Assembly (NCBI GenBank): GCA_036507005.1
Contig: DASXQT010000010.1
Span: forward strand, 285-64,284
DNA: 64,000 nt
Origin: Candidatus Eiseniibacteriota bacterium
Lineage (GTDB): Bacteria > Eisenbacteria > RBG-16-71-46
Direction: 5' to 3'
Part shown: one piece after another, positions 37,273 through 46,020 of the stretch
Numbering within the stretch: the first letter of the stretch is position 1
How the letters are laid out: each line of letters starts with the position of its first letter
Notes under the pieces: model-generated
What the model was told of the DNA's origin: nothing
The model's database searches: none
What the model saw: only the letters and a program-made list of their open reading frames with translations
Translations under genes and position numbers: made by a program

Positions 37273-38661
37273 CTACTCCCCGAATGGCCCCACCAGATCG
37301 ATCGCGCGCGACCAGGAGAGCGTGAAGCGGGCGGGCTCGCGCCCAGGGCCGAGCGGCCACGCGTAGCTCGCGCGCACGAACCCGGTGGGATCGGGCAGGC
37401 CCGGACGCCAGAGCAGCGACGCCCCGGCCTCGAGCGCCCAGTGCTCGGCGTCCGGCCAGTCCACGCCGCCCCGCCGCGGGCCGCCGTAGGGATCGGCGCC
37501 CCACGCCGAGCCCGCGGCCGCGAATGCCGCGGCCTGGAGCGGGAGCCAGGCGGGATGCGGTAGGCGCGCGAGCGCGAGCAGGTCGTGGGCCTCGATCGCG
37601 TCGAGGCGCGCGAGCGCCAGCCCCTCGCCGCCCCGCGATCCGCCGGGGATCGAGCGCAGGGTGTGCGCGCCGCCGAGGAAGAACGCCGCCTGCGGCACGG
37701 GCTCGCCCGAGAGCCTCCCGTACGAAAGCTGGGGCACGATCGCGAGCCAGCGTCCGGCCGCGAGGTCGGCGGCGAGCGAGACCCGCGTGCGCCGGTACTC
37801 GAAGTCGCTCCCCGCGGCGCGGCTCGAGCTGGCGTGCTCGATCTCGCTCCGCACCGGGAGCCGCGGCCAGCGCGCCGCGGCCTCGATCGCGAACTCGTGG
37901 TTGCGGCCGCGCGCGGCGGCGAGGTTGTCGCGCACCGCGGGTGTGGCGCCCGCGAGGTTCCAGGTGACGCGGGTCGCGAGCGGCGACTCGAGCAGGTCGC
38001 GGAAGCCCGCGGCCGCCCGCCAGGACCGGGCCTCGCGCGCGAGCCGGACCTCGAAGCCGTCGCGGCGCAGGTAGCGCTGGTAGTCCTTGCCGGTGACGAA
38101 GGCGTCCAGCATCGCGAACTGCAGGTCGCCGAAGTCGCGGTCCATGCCGTCCGTGCGCCGTCCGGCCGCGAGCCGCAGCGACCAGGTCGCGTCTCCGCGG
38201 CTCAGCGATCGCAGGAAGGCCGCCCCGCCGAGGAGGTCGTTCGGGCCGCTCGCCCAGCCGATCCGGCCCTCGAGCCGGCCCAAGCCCGAGGCTGCGCCGA
38301 TCGCGGCGGCGGCGCCGTAGCTCGGCCCGTCCACGCGGTTGAATCCGAGCTCGGGGCCGAGCGCGGGCCGGCGACGAGCGCGGGGGCGTGCCGCCCCGCG
38401 GGCGAGACCGGAGGCCAGCGCGCTGTCCAGGCCCGCGGTGTCGGTGGGCGCGGCCGAGAGGCCGAAGTAGGCGTCGGTCGAATCGGAGAGGGTCCCGAGG
38501 AAGCGGTCGAGCGCGGTGTCGGGCGGCGCGGGCTGGGCGATGGGCGCGAGCGCCGCGGGCGCCGCGCCCTCCGCGCGGGCGCCGCACGCGAGCAGCGCGA
38601 GCACCGCCGCGGCCGGCGCGAGTGCGACCGCCGCCGCCCGCGCAATCGGCCGGCGGATCAT
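37273..38661 (-). CDS. secreted/outer-membrane hypothetical protein
   Basis: The ATG at 38661 overlaps the upstream stop (ATGA). The signal peptide is MIRRPIARAAAVALAPAAAVLALLACGARAEG. The sequence is Gly/Ala-rich with alternating-pattern segments that suggest a beta-barrel. Confidence 0.6.
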   Translation of the reverse strand: MIRRPIARAAAVALAPAAAVLALLACGARAEGAAPAALAPIAQPAPPDTALDRFLGTLSDSTDAYFGLSAAPTDTAGLDSALASGLARGAARPRARRRPALGPELGFNRVDGPSYGAAAAIGAASGLGRLEGRIGWASGPNDLLGGAAFLRSLSRGDATWSLRLAAGRRTDGMDRDFGDLQFAMLDAFVTGKDYQRYLRRDGFEVRLAREARSWRAAAGFRDLLESPLATRVTWNLAGATPAVRDNLAAARGRNHEFAIEAAARWPRLPVRSEIEHASSSRAAGSDFEYRRTRVSLAADLAAGRWLAIVPQLSYGRLSGEPVPQAAFFLGGAHTLRSIPGGSRGGEGLALARLDAIEAHDLLALARLPHPAWLPLQAAAFAAAGSAWGADPYGGPRRGGVDWPDAEHWALEAGASLLWRPGLPDPTGFVRASYAWPLGPGREPARFTLSWSRAIDLVGPFGE

Positions 38662-39494
38662 CGCCCGCCCCCGTGCGCCACGAAGATCGAGTCGTCGAGC
38701 CCGGCGTTCACGCGGTACTCGTCGAGCCGGAGCGCGAGGTCGAAGGAGCTGCCGAGGACGGGAATCGGCAGGCTGGTCGCGGCGCGCAGCACCACGCGCT
38801 TCAGCACCCAGTACCCGTCCACGCGCTGGCGCTCGATCACCATGCGGTCCACGCTCTTCAGGAACAGCGGCACCGGCGAGCGGTCGAAGCTCACCTCCTG
38901 GCGCACGATCACGAAGTCGTTGGTGTCCACCCACACCAGCCCGCTCGGCAGCGTGGGATCGAGCGAGGAGCGCGGCTGGAACGCGATGCGGTAGACCAGC
39001 CGGTTCCCGAGCAGGTCGCGCCCCACGATGCGGTAGCGGAAGTCGCGGCGCGCCTCGGGCCGGAACGCAAAGTTCACGATCTCCTCGTCCATGCGCGGGC
39101 GGACGTCGATGCTCATGTCCGCGCGCTGCTTGGGGCGCGGGCTCCAGTCGCGCAGCGTCACGCTCCGCACCTTGTCCGGGCGCTTCTTGTAGACGCGCTC
39201 CACGTGCTCGCGCAGCAGCTCGGGCGGGCGCGCGCCGGCCGGGTCGCGCGTCAGGCGCAGGGTGAGGGTGAACGCCTGGTCGCGCATCATCGAGTCGCGC
39301 CGCGCCTCACCGCGGGCCACGCGGTCCAGGATCTCCTCGAGCGTCACGCGCGGCGCGCGCACCAGGATCTCCGGCACCTCGGTGTGCATCGTGTCCTCGA
39401 CCGCGACCGTGGGCAGCGTCGGGCCGGCGCCGGGTGCGGGGGCCCCGGCGGCGAGCGCGGCCGCGAGCAGCATGGGGATGGGGATGAGGAGCAT
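38658..39494 (-). CDS. secreted hypothetical protein (LolA-like/DUF-type), translationally coupled to the downstream gene
   Basis: Internal ATG 39494 gives the signal peptide MLLIPIPMLLAAALAAGAPAPGAG. The stop overlaps the next start. The upstream ORF extension has no support. Confidence 0.6.
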   Translation of the reverse strand: MLLIPIPMLLAAALAAGAPAPGAGPTLPTVAVEDTMHTEVPEILVRAPRVTLEEILDRVARGEARRDSMMRDQAFTLTLRLTRDPAGARPPELLREHVERVYKKRPDKVRSVTLRDWSPRPKQRADMSIDVRPRMDEEIVNFAFRPEARRDFRYRIVGRDLLGNRLVYRIAFQPRSSLDPTLPSGLVWVDTNDFVIVRQEVSFDRSPVPLFLKSVDRMVIERQRVDGYWVLKRVVLRAATSLPIPVLGSSFDLALRLDEYRVNAGLDDSIFVAHGGGR

Positions 39495-39712
39495 GAGAGC
39501 CTCGAGAAGGGGCGGGACACTAGCACGCGGTGCGGCGGCCCCGCCACGCGCCGCGACATCTCCGCGACGGCCGCGCACCAGATCATGGGACCGGGGCGCC
39601 CGTGTGGGCTATTCTTTCCCGCGCCCGAGCAAGATCCCTTCCGGCACGCTGCGTGCGAAGGAACGCACGTGCTCGCACTTCGAACCCACGCAGCTCGAGC
39701 ACGGAGGTCACC

Positions 39713-40546
39713 ATGAAGCCCAGCCGGATCGCCCTTGCCGCGTTCGCGGTTCTCCACGTCGCCGCGCGCGGTGTGCTGGCCCAGGACTCGCCCGCATCCC
39801 AACCCCTCGATCCCTTCGCCGCCGTGCGCCTCGAAGGCCCGGCCGTCGCGGCGCCCGCCGAATTCTCCGCCGCCCCCGCGGCGCCGGCCGCCTACCGTGG
39901 CGGGCCGCGCCTCGACGCGGTGCGCTATCGCCCGCGCTATCGCGATGGCTACCGCGAGCGCTCGGGCGGGTACGTGCACTCGTCGCCCGCGCAGATCCAC
40001 GCCGGATTCTTCGACCCCGAAGGGAACGGCGCCACCAGCTTCGCGATCGGATTCCGTGGCGGGCCCGCGGTCGACGAGCACATCCAGCTCGGCTTCGGGG
40101 CCGACTGGTATCACAAGTCGGAGAGCCGGCGGGAAGTGCAGGGCACGACGTTCCAGGGCGGGCAGCCCGTCACCGTCACCCGTGTGCTCGCGCGCGCCTC
40201 CTCGAACCTCTTCCCGTTCCAGGCCTACCTGCAGGTGAGCGGCGGCGACAACCTGTCCGTCATCCCCTACTTCGGGGTCGCGGGCGAGTACCAGGTGCTG
40301 CTGCTCTCGGCCACCGACTACCAGACCGGAGCGGACTTCGACGCCACGTTCGGCGGCTGGGGGTGGCAGGTGTGGGGCGGAGCGGCGCTGCCGCTCTCGG
40401 GGCGGTCGCGCATGTTCGGCGAGGTGTTCGTGAACAACGGCGACGTCGAGCGCGACGTCGACGACCCCGCGAGCGGCGTCACGTTCCGCGAGAGCGTGAA
40501 CGCCGACGGCGTCGGAATGCGCTTCGGCCTGAGCTGGGGGTTCTAG
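39713..40546 (+). CDS. outer-membrane beta-barrel protein (OmpA-N/OmpW-like barrel)
   Basis: SD ACGGAGG. Signal peptide MKPSRIALAAFAVLHVAARGVLAQD. The C-terminal aromatic residue (...GMRFGLSWGF) is typical of OM barrels. Confidence 0.7.
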   Translation: MKPSRIALAAFAVLHVAARGVLAQDSPASQPLDPFAAVRLEGPAVAAPAEFSAAPAAPAAYRGGPRLDAVRYRPRYRDGYRERSGGYVHSSPAQIHAGFFDPEGNGATSFAIGFRGGPAVDEHIQLGFGADWYHKSESRREVQGTTFQGGQPVTVTRVLARASSNLFPFQAYLQVSGGDNLSVIPYFGVAGEYQVLLLSATDYQTGADFDATFGGWGWQVWGGAALPLSGRSRMFGEVFVNNGDVERDVDDPASGVTFRESVNADGVGMRFGLSWGF

Positions 40547-40704
40547 CCCCAAGCCGCGCCGGCACGTCCCGCGCCGGCACGTCCTGCCCGCCGACTCAGT
40601 CCTGCGCCGCCGCCGACATTGCCAAATCTTGCCGGCGCCGGTTTTGCCCTATCCCGAACTCGTCACGCTCAAGGCTCGCGAACGCCCGCTTCCGGTCAAT
40701 TCCA

Positions 40705-40735
40705 TTGACAGACATGGGGCGGCTGCTAGCGTTTT
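40705..40735 (+). promoter_or_regulatory. candidate promoter: TTGACA-N16-TAGCGTTTTG
   Basis: TTGACA at 40705-40710. TAGCGT at 40727-40732 is followed by TTTG. A near-identical arrangement occurs at 61034-61064. The intergenic region is lower in GC. Confidence 0.3.
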
Positions 40736-40841
40736 GCGTTCGGCAGTGCGGCGCTCGGGGCGTTGCAGGCATCCAAGTTAGTTCGAGGGGGGGCATCGGT
40801 CCGGCCCAATGCAGCGCGCGAGTCCGGAAGGAGGGACAGCC

Positions 40842-41309
40842 ATGAGGAAAGACATCATCGCGGGTTTCTCGATCATGCTCCTCGCGGGAGTTCTCGGAGC
40901 GAGCGTGGCCATGGCAACAACCGCAGTTCACCGGGCGTCCGGCGGCGGCACGGTGGACTGGCCGCTGGCCCGCGTGACTTACGGGTTCACGGCGGAGATC
41001 GACGCCGATGGAGTCGTCACCGGCGAGGCGGAGTTCCAGCATCGCGACCTGGGCGTCCACAACCACGTCGAGATCACGTGCCTGACCGTGATCGGCAACG
41101 ACGCCTGGATCGGCGGAGTGATCCGGGAGTCGAACATCCCCGAGCTGGTGGGAGTGCAGATCGTGTGGCGGGTCCAGGACAATGGCGAGGGAACTGGGAA
41201 CGTCGACAAGACCAGCATCGTGGTGCCCAACACCACGCTGGGCGACTGCAACCTGATGCCGGCTCTCGGCCTGATTCCCTGGACCAGCGGCAACGTGCTG
41301 GTGAAGTAG
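40842..41309 (+). CDS. secreted hypothetical protein
   Basis: SD GGAAGGAGGG. Signal peptide MRKDIIAGFSIMLLAGVLGASVAMA. Confidence 0.6.
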   Translation: MRKDIIAGFSIMLLAGVLGASVAMATTAVHRASGGGTVDWPLARVTYGFTAEIDADGVVTGEAEFQHRDLGVHNHVEITCLTVIGNDAWIGGVIRESNIPELVGVQIVWRVQDNGEGTGNVDKTSIVVPNTTLGDCNLMPALGLIPWTSGNVLVK

Positions 41310-41412
41310 CGGGCGCGCGCTCGCGGCACCCGCAGTCGCCGAGCTGGCGCCGCCCGCGCACGCGTGGGCCGCGTGTTGCCGGGGGCCGGGGGCTCCGCTA
41401 CGCTCGCGCGCC

Positions 41413-42285
41413 ATGGCTCGCAAGTCTCCGCGCGCGCGACGCAAGTCCGAGTCCCCGCGCATGCCGGGCACCGGCCGGCCGCGCGCCACGCCCGGACGGA
41501 GCCGCTCGAGCGCCAAGCGCACCGCCCGCCGCAAGCGCGTGGCGCATGCGATCCAGGGCGCGCGGCCCGCCGCCCGCCGGACGCAGCGCCGGGCGCGGCT
41601 GGTCGAGGTGCGGGGCCGAAGGCGGGCACGCCCGCGGTTCATGCCGCCCGATCCCGCGCGCGTCGCCGCGCTGCTCGACATCCTCGAGCGCACCTATCCG
41701 GAAGCCACCACCGCGCTCTCGTTCGGCAATCCCCTCCAGCTCCTGGTCGCCACGATCCTCTCCGCGCAGTGCACGGACGAGCGCGTGAACTCGGTCACGC
41801 CCGGGCTGTTCGCGCGCTATCCGGATGCGGCCGCGTTCGCCGCGGCCCCCCAGGCCGAGCTGGAGCAGGCGATCCGCTCCACCGGGTTCTTCCGCAACAA
41901 GGCCCGCTCGATCCGCGAAGCCAGCGCGGACATCGTCGGCAAGCACGGAGGCCGCGTGCCGAGCTCGCTCGAGGCGCTGACAGAATTGCGCGGCGTGGGG
42001 CGCAAGACCGCCAACGTCGTGCTCGGGAACGCATTCGGCATCCCCGGCATCGTCGTGGACACGCACGTGCAGCGCCTGTCCCGGAGGCTGGGGCTCACGA
42101 ACGAGACCGATCCGGTCAAGATCGAGTTCGCGCTCATGCCGATCGTGCCGCGCGAGCGCTGGACCCGGTTCTCGCACTGGCTCATCCTGCACGGACGGAG
42201 GGTGTGCGTGGCGCGCAAGCCGCGCTGCTCGATCTGCCCCCTCGCACCCCACTGCCCGCGCGTGGGGGTGACCACCTCGCAGTAG
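41413..42285 (+). CDS. nth: endonuclease III (DNA glycosylase/AP lyase) with basic N-terminal extension
   Basis: HhH-GPD motif LTELRGVGRKTANVVL.., catalytic D in VVDTHVQRL, and the [4Fe-4S] cluster loop CVARKPRCSICPLAPHC. Confidence 0.9.
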   Translation: MARKSPRARRKSESPRMPGTGRPRATPGRSRSSAKRTARRKRVAHAIQGARPAARRTQRRARLVEVRGRRRARPRFMPPDPARVAALLDILERTYPEATTALSFGNPLQLLVATILSAQCTDERVNSVTPGLFARYPDAAAFAAAPQAELEQAIRSTGFFRNKARSIREASADIVGKHGGRVPSSLEALTELRGVGRKTANVVLGNAFGIPGIVVDTHVQRLSRRLGLTNETDPVKIEFALMPIVPRERWTRFSHWLILHGRRVCVARKPRCSICPLAPHCPRVGVTTSQ

Positions 42286-42305
42286 CGCGCGCCCGGCCCC
42301 GCACG

Positions 42306-44192
42306 ATGAAGCGCAAGCGCAGCGAGCCGGGCGATCCGGAGCGCGGCCCGGCCGCGGACCGCGCGGCGGGCACGGAGCCCCGCGCTGCGGCTCCGGCGCC
42401 CGTGCCGGGCGCGGGGCCGGCGCCCGTTCCACCGACGGCCGCGGACCGCGCGGCGGGCGTGCTGGCCGCGGCGCTCGCGCTGCTCGCGGTCGCGCGCCTC
42501 GCGCTCGGGCTGCGTCCCTCGATGTGGCTGTGGGGGCTCGACGCGCTCGCGTTCGTGCCCCCGGTTCCGGGCTGGCTGCTGTGGGCGCTCGCCGCGCTCG
42601 CGCTGGTCCCGGCGCTCGCGCGCCCGGCGGGCGCGGCGCTCGCGCGCGCCGGAGACGCGATCGCCGACCGGCCCGCGCTCGCGAGCTTGGCACTCGGCGC
42701 GTTCCTGGCTACGACCGTGCTCCTGCTTCCCGATCGGCTCGAGCTGGTGGGTGACTACCTGCTGCGGGTCGGGACCGCGCGCGGCCAGATCCCGACCGAC
42801 ACGGTGTTCCCCCAGGCCCTGCCGCTCGACCTCGCCCTCCACTACACCGTGCCCAGCCTGTTCGCGCACGGCTTCACCGGAGATCCCAACGACGTTTCGC
42901 GCGTCCTCGGCGCGATCGAGGCCGCGATCCTGGCCGCGCTCGCGGTCGCCTTCGCGCGCGCGCTCCGGCTGCGTGGGGCGGCGGCGGCCGCGGCGGTCGC
43001 GACGGTCACCTTCGGCGGGGCGCTCGGCATGTTCACGGGGTTCGCCAAGGTATTCGGCGAGCTGTGCCTGGTCGCCACCGCCTTCGGCGCCTTCGGCATC
43101 ACCGCCGTGCGCGACGGGCGCGGGCTGCTGCCGCTCTCGCTCGCCGTGAGCGCGGGCCTCGTGCTCCACCGCTCGGCGCTCGCGTTCCTGCCGCCGCTCG
43201 CCGTGGTGTGGGCGGCGTGGCTCCGCGCCGACGGCGCGGGCGGAGCGTGGCGGCGCCCGGCCGCGATCGCGGCGCTCGCGCTCCCGCCCGTCACGCTCGC
43301 CCTGATGCTGCCGCGCATCCGCGCGGCGATCGAGAGCACCGACCGCCTGCACTTCGCGCGCGCGGGCGCGGGGCCGGCGCAGATCCTGGGCGCGGCGTTC
43401 CGCGGACTCCACCTCGCCGACCTCGGGAACCTCCTGCTTCTGCTTTCGCCGCTCGCGCTCGCCGGGATTCCGCTCGCGCTCGCGCTCCCGCCCGCGCTGC
43501 GGCGGCGGCCCGAAGCCCTGGTGCTGCTCGCGCTCGCCGTTCCGTTCGCGGGGCTCCTGCTCTTCGTCCACCCGCGCCAGGGCCAGTTCCGCGACTGGGA
43601 CGTGTTCACGCCCGCCGCGGTCGCGCTCTCGCTCCCCGCCGCCTGGCTGATCGGCGAGACGCTGCGCGCGCTGCGCCACGCCTGGCTCGCGGCCGCCGTG
43701 GTGCTCGGAACGCTCGCGCCCGCGGTGCAATGGCTGATGCACAATCACGACCTCGACCGCGGGATGGCGCGGGTCGAGGCCTACATCGCGGGCCCGCCCG
43801 CGCGCGGGGACGACGAGCGCGCCACGCTCCACAACTTCCTCGCGCTGCGCGACGAGGAGTACGGGCGGCTGGACGCCGCGGCGGAGAGCTACGCGCGGGC
43901 CGCCGCGCTCGCGCCGAGCCCGCGCATCCTGCTCGAGTGGTCGCTGGCCGAGACGAATCGCGGGCAGTACGCGAAGGCGCAGGGCATCCTGCGCGGGCTC
44001 GTGGAGCGTGCGCCCGGCCTGATGATGGCGTGGTCGCAGCTCGCCTACGTCTCGTATCAGCTCGGCGACACCGCCGAGTGCGTGCGCGCGGCGCGCGGCG
44101 CGCTCCGCATCGACCCCGGCCTGGCCGAGGCCCGGGGTCTGCTGAGCCGCCTCGCGCCCCCGGAGAGCGCGCATGTCGCGCCCGCTCGCTGA
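42306..44192 (+). CDS. polytopic membrane protein with C-terminal TPR domain, paralog 1 of 3 (unassigned family; glycosyltransferase-like architecture)
   Basis: About 10 hydrophobic helices are followed by TPRs (YARAAALAPSPRILLEWS..; AWSQLAYVSYQLGD). Motifs shared by all three paralogs: SMWLWGLD, VGDYLLR, FPQALPLDLALHY, LHRSALAFLP, GQFRDWD. Confidence 0.75.
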   Translation: MKRKRSEPGDPERGPAADRAAGTEPRAAAPAPVPGAGPAPVPPTAADRAAGVLAAALALLAVARLALGLRPSMWLWGLDALAFVPPVPGWLLWALAALALVPALARPAGAALARAGDAIADRPALASLALGAFLATTVLLLPDRLELVGDYLLRVGTARGQIPTDTVFPQALPLDLALHYTVPSLFAHGFTGDPNDVSRVLGAIEAAILAALAVAFARALRLRGAAAAAAVATVTFGGALGMFTGFAKVFGELCLVATAFGAFGITAVRDGRGLLPLSLAVSAGLVLHRSALAFLPPLAVVWAAWLRADGAGGAWRRPAAIAALALPPVTLALMLPRIRAAIESTDRLHFARAGAGPAQILGAAFRGLHLADLGNLLLLLSPLALAGIPLALALPPALRRRPEALVLLALAVPFAGLLLFVHPRQGQFRDWDVFTPAAVALSLPAAWLIGETLRALRHAWLAAAVVLGTLAPAVQWLMHNHDLDRGMARVEAYIAGPPARGDDERATLHNFLALRDEEYGRLDAAAESYARAAALAPSPRILLEWSLAETNRGQYAKAQGILRGLVERAPGLMMAWSQLAYVSYQLGDTAECVRAARGALRIDPGLAEARGLLSRLAPPESAHVAPAR

Positions 44193-46020
44193 GACGCGGC
44201 CCGGCGCCGCGCGCGCGCGGGCCGCGGGCGCGCGCGGGGCGCTGCCCGCCGAGCCATCGCGACTCGATTCCGCGGCCGCCGGGCGCGCCGCGCTCGCCGC
44301 ATGGGCCGCGCTCGTCGCGCTCGCCGGGGCGCGCGCGGCGCTCGCCTTCGCCCCCTCGACCTGGGCGTGGAGCCTGGCGCTGCTGCGCTTCCTGCCGCCC
44401 GTGCCGGGCTGGGGACTGTGGGCGCTTTCGGCCGTGACGCTCCTGCCCGCCGTCGCGCGGCTCGCCGCTCCGGCGGGCGCGCGCTTGGGCGACGCGGCGG
44501 CGCGTGCGCCCGCGCTCGCGGCTGCGGCGTGGGCCGCGGGCGGCGCGGCGTTGGCGTGGAGCCTTCCCGACCGCGCCGGGTTCGTCGGCGACTTCCTGCT
44601 GCGCGAGAACACCCTCGCCACCCAGGGCGTGTCGCTCGCGGAGTGGTATCCGCAGGCGCTCCCCCTGGACCTCGCGATCCACCACCACTTCGCCCGCGCG
44701 CTCATGCTCGCGACCGGCGCGACCGCGGCCGACGCGGGGCGGCTGATCGGCGCCGGCGACGCCGCGCTCATGGGCTGGCTCGCCGCGCTCTTCGCGCGTG
44801 AGCTCGCGCTGCGCGGGGCGGCCTCGTTCGCCGCGAGCGCCGCGGTGTTCGGGACCGGAGCGCTCACGCTCTTCACCGGCTACAACAAGGCGTTTGCCGA
44901 GATGACGCTGCTGGTCGCGGCGATCGGCATCCTCGGCCTCGGCGCCGCGCGCACCGGGCGCGGGCTCGTGCCCCTGCTCGCCGTCGCGGCCGCGGGCCTC
45001 ACGCTCCACCGCTCGGCGCTCGGCGTCCTGCCCGCGCTCGCGCTCGCGTGCGGGTGGGCGCTGCGCGCGGGCGGCCGCGCGGCGCTGAGGCGGCCCGCGA
45101 CCTGGGTCGCGCTCGCGCTGCCCATCGTGTCGCTCGCGTTCATGGTGCCGCGCATCGTCCACATCGTGCGCCACGTGGACCCGATCCACTTCACGCCCGC
45201 CGAGCCGGGACGGAGCGCCCTGGCCTCCGCGTTCGCGGGCGCGCGCCCCGCCGACATGCTGAACCTGATCGTGATGCTGGCGCCGCTCGCGCCCGTGGCC
45301 CTGGCCGCCGCCTTTGCGCTCGGCCCCGCGCTGCGCCGGCGCGAGGTCGCGCTGCTCGTGGCACTCGCCGCTCCCTTCGTTGCGCTCATCCCGTTCCTCC
45401 ACGCGCAGCAGGGCCTGTTCCGCGACTGGGACGACTTCGCCGCGGGCGGCATGGGCGCAACGCTGCTCTCCGCGTGGATCCTGGCCGAGACCCTGCGCGC
45501 CGCGCGCGCGCGTTCGTGGCTCGCGGTGCCGCTCGCGCTCGCGGCGCTCGCCCCCAGCGCGCAGTGGCTCGTGCACCACACCCAGCCGGAGCGCGCGCTC
45601 GCGCGGGTGCGCGCGTTCGTGGAGGAGCCGCCGTCGCGCACCTCGTTCGAGCGCGCGATGACCTGGCAGTATCTCGGCATGACCTACCTCGCCATGCACC
45701 GCGGCCCGGAGGCTGCGGACGCCTACGCGCACGCCGCCGAGCTGCTGCCGAGCCCGTACATCCTGCGCCAGCTCGGCATCGCCCAGTCGCTCGCGCGCCG
45801 CTACGGGAGCGCCGTCCGGACGTTCCGCACGCTCCTCGAGCGCGTGCCCGGCGACATCACCGCGCTGCGAGGGCTGATGCTGATGAGCCTTCCCGGCCAC
45901 GACACCGCCCAGGCGCGCGCCGCCGCCGAATCGCTGCTGCGCGTCTCGCCGCGGGATCCGCAGGCGATGGAGTTGCTGCGCCAGCTCGAGCGCGGGATCG
46001 GCAATGCGCGGCCGCGGTAG
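44173..46020 (+). CDS. polytopic membrane protein with C-terminal TPR domain, paralog 2 of 3
   Basis: The start overlaps the upstream gene by 20 nt. The same motif set is present (STWAWSL, VGDFLLR, YPQALPLDLAIHH, LHRSALGVLP, GLFRDWDDF). Confidence 0.75.
   Translation: MSRPLAETRPGAARARAAGARGALPAEPSRLDSAAAGRAALAAWAALVALAGARAALAFAPSTWAWSLALLRFLPPVPGWGLWALSAVTLLPAVARLAAPAGARLGDAAARAPALAAAAWAAGGAALAWSLPDRAGFVGDFLLRENTLATQGVSLAEWYPQALPLDLAIHHHFARALMLATGATAADAGRLIGAGDAALMGWLAALFARELALRGAASFAASAAVFGTGALTLFTGYNKAFAEMTLLVAAIGILGLGAARTGRGLVPLLAVAAAGLTLHRSALGVLPALALACGWALRAGGRAALRRPATWVALALPIVSLAFMVPRIVHIVRHVDPIHFTPAEPGRSALASAFAGARPADMLNLIVMLAPLAPVALAAAFALGPALRRREVALLVALAAPFVALIPFLHAQQGLFRDWDDFAAGGMGATLLSAWILAETLRAARARSWLAVPLALAALAPSAQWLVHHTQPERALARVRAFVEEPPSRTSFERAMTWQYLGMTYLAMHRGPEAADAYAHAAELLPSPYILRQLGIAQSLARRYGSAVRTFRTLLERVPGDITALRGLMLMSLPGHDTAQARAAAESLLRVSPRDPQAMELLRQLERGIGNARPR

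Noticed and set aside
41817-44876. 1019-aa minus-strand ORF opposite the membrane/TPR paralogs (also 43606..46167 minus and 45048..46937 plus)
   Set aside because: These are antisense or alternate-frame artefacts across the GC-rich membrane-protein genes. They consist of Arg/Ala repeats and carry no motifs.
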